Source: Okamejei kenojei (Eukaryota). Taken from it: 64,000 nt of DNA. Position 1 is the stretch's first letter, and each line of letters starts with the position of its first letter. The notes beneath the pieces are model-generated. The model did no database searches and was not told the origin of the DNA. It worked only from the letters and a program-made list of their open reading frames with translations. Made by a program: the position numbers and the translations under genes. The stretch is from the NCBI GenBank assembly GCA_035221665.1, contig CM069160.1, forward strand, positions 7,006,001 through 7,070,000. Reading direction: 5' to 3'. Below, piece by piece: positions 62,507 to 64,000 of the stretch.

Positions 62507-63686
62507 TCCGGAAGTGGCGGCGCTGCGTGGCAGCTGCGGCTCACCTGCAGTCCGTCTGTTTTTTTATTTTTTTTCGTCCTTTTGTGTCTGTTTTTAGTTA
62601 GAATTTTGGTTTATTAGGCTGTGTTTGTGTGTGGGGGGGGGGGGGTGGTATAAACAAGGTTTTAGTCTCTCCCTTCGGGGGATGCGACCTTTTCTTGTCG
62701 TGTCCCCCGTCACCGTCTCCGTCTGTGCTGAGGCCTAATGGCGGAGCTGGTGGCCTCGGAGCTGTGGCGAGCGTTCAGAGCTCCAGTGTTCCAGCGGCGG
62801 CGGCGGCGGCCCGGCTTCGGGGCTTCGGGGCTTCGGGGCTTCGGCGCTCCAGCAGTTGCTCCAGCGGTGCTCCAGCAGCGGCCCGGCATTGGCGCTCCGG
62901 CGGCTCTCCAGCGGTGCTCCAGCGGCGGCCCGGCTTCGGCGCTCCGGCGGCTCCGGCGGCTCTCCAGCGGCTCTCCAGCGGGTGCTCCAGCGGCGGCCCG
63001 GCTTCGGCGCTCCGGCGGCTCCAGCGGCTCTCCAGCGGCTCTCCAGCAGGTGCTCCAGCAGCGGCCCGGCTTCGGAGCTCCGGCGGCTCCAGCAGTTGCT
63101 CCAGCGGTGCTCCAGCAGCGGCCCGGCTTCGGGGCTTCGGCGCTCCAGCGGCTCTCCAGCGGTGCTCCAGCAGCGGCCCGGCTGCGGCGCTCCAGCGGCT
63201 CTCCAGCGGTGCTCCAGCAGCGGCCCGGCTGCGGCGCTCCAGCGGCTCTCCAGCGGCGGCCCGGCTGCGGCGCTCCAGCGGCTCTCCAGCGGCGGCCCGG
63301 CTTCAGAGCTCCGGCGGCTCCAGCGTTCCCGTGGTCGATCCTGGCTGGGGGCTGTGGTGGTGTTCCGGCGTTCCGGCGGCGGCGGCGGTGGCGGCCTGGC
63401 TTCGGAGGCTCGGCCGCGGGCCTGGTGGACGATGACATCGAAGGCCTGGATTGCCTCAGTACAGAGGGGGAACAAGTAGGGGAAAATGACAAAGACTTTA
63501 AGACTTTTGCCTTCCACCACAGTGAGGAGGTGTTTGGTGAACTCACTGTGGTGGATGTTAAATTATGTGTTTATTGTGTGTTTTGTTTTAATTTATTACA
63601 TGTTATGACTGCAAGCTAACAAATTTCGTTCAGACCGAAAGGTCTGAATGACAATAAAGGAATCTGAATCTGAATCTGAATCTGAA
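62507..63686 (+). mobile_element. Apparently full-length non-autonomous retroposon with a central GC-rich VNTR
   Basis: CCGGAAGTGGCGGC head, T-rich tract, G-run, VNTR at ~62770-63325, 14-bp inverted repeat, GAAA-loop hairpin, gacaataaa, (AATCTG)n tail; second copy at 13612. Confidence 0.85.
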
Positions 63687-64000
63687 CACCGCTCTTGCAC
63701 CTTCGTCCAACAGAATCACTTCAGCGCGTTCCAGGTACAAGGATCTCTCTCGAAAATTCTTGCCAGAGTATCCCTTCAAAGTTTAACCCTCTCCCTTTAA
63801 AACATTTGTTCTCTAGTTCCTTCAATGTGGAATTCTGACTGTCAATAGCATCTATGCCTCTCTTACATATTTATTTTAGGTTTCCCATCAACCTTTGGCA
63901 TTCCACAGAAAGCATTCAAAGTTATCCCTGCTTCTCTTTGTAGACGCAGACCAATCCAAGAAGCATTCTGGTAAGTGTCTTCTGCACTCACTTCACAGCT

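Noticed and set aside
62629-63619. Five overlapping 200-290 aa ORFs on both strands
   Set aside because: They arise from a GC-rich VNTR that lacks stop codons, and the translations are low-complexity.

Overview
This is repeat-rich vertebrate DNA. The repeat content (HE1-type V-SINEs, several CR1 families, Penelope-like elements, Rex1/Babar) and the multicopy GPR139-like genes suggest a cartilaginous fish, possibly a skate or ray; this is inference. There are two host-gene systems, both on the minus strand and both only partly visible in the ORF track. (1) The 5' end of a non-classical MHC class I-like gene: a leader exon at 6268-6319 and an alpha1 exon starting at 99 that runs off the left edge. 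(2) A tandem array of four two-exon GPR139-like class A GPCR genes at 30.1-62.1 kb. Two are intact (326 and 327 aa) and two are frameshifted. They share a conserved promoter and differ mainly in ligand-facing segments. Most of the rest is transposable elements: an IR/DR Tc1 element interrupted by a CR1, a nested CR1/ERV/SINE block at 12.4-27 kb, a young 5'-truncated CR1 with a nearly intact RT ORF, Penelope fragments with many minimal hammerhead-like termini, and a young non-autonomous GC-rich VNTR retroposon in two copies. There is one 311-N assembly gap. Exon coordinates were counted by hand; most TE boundaries are approximate.
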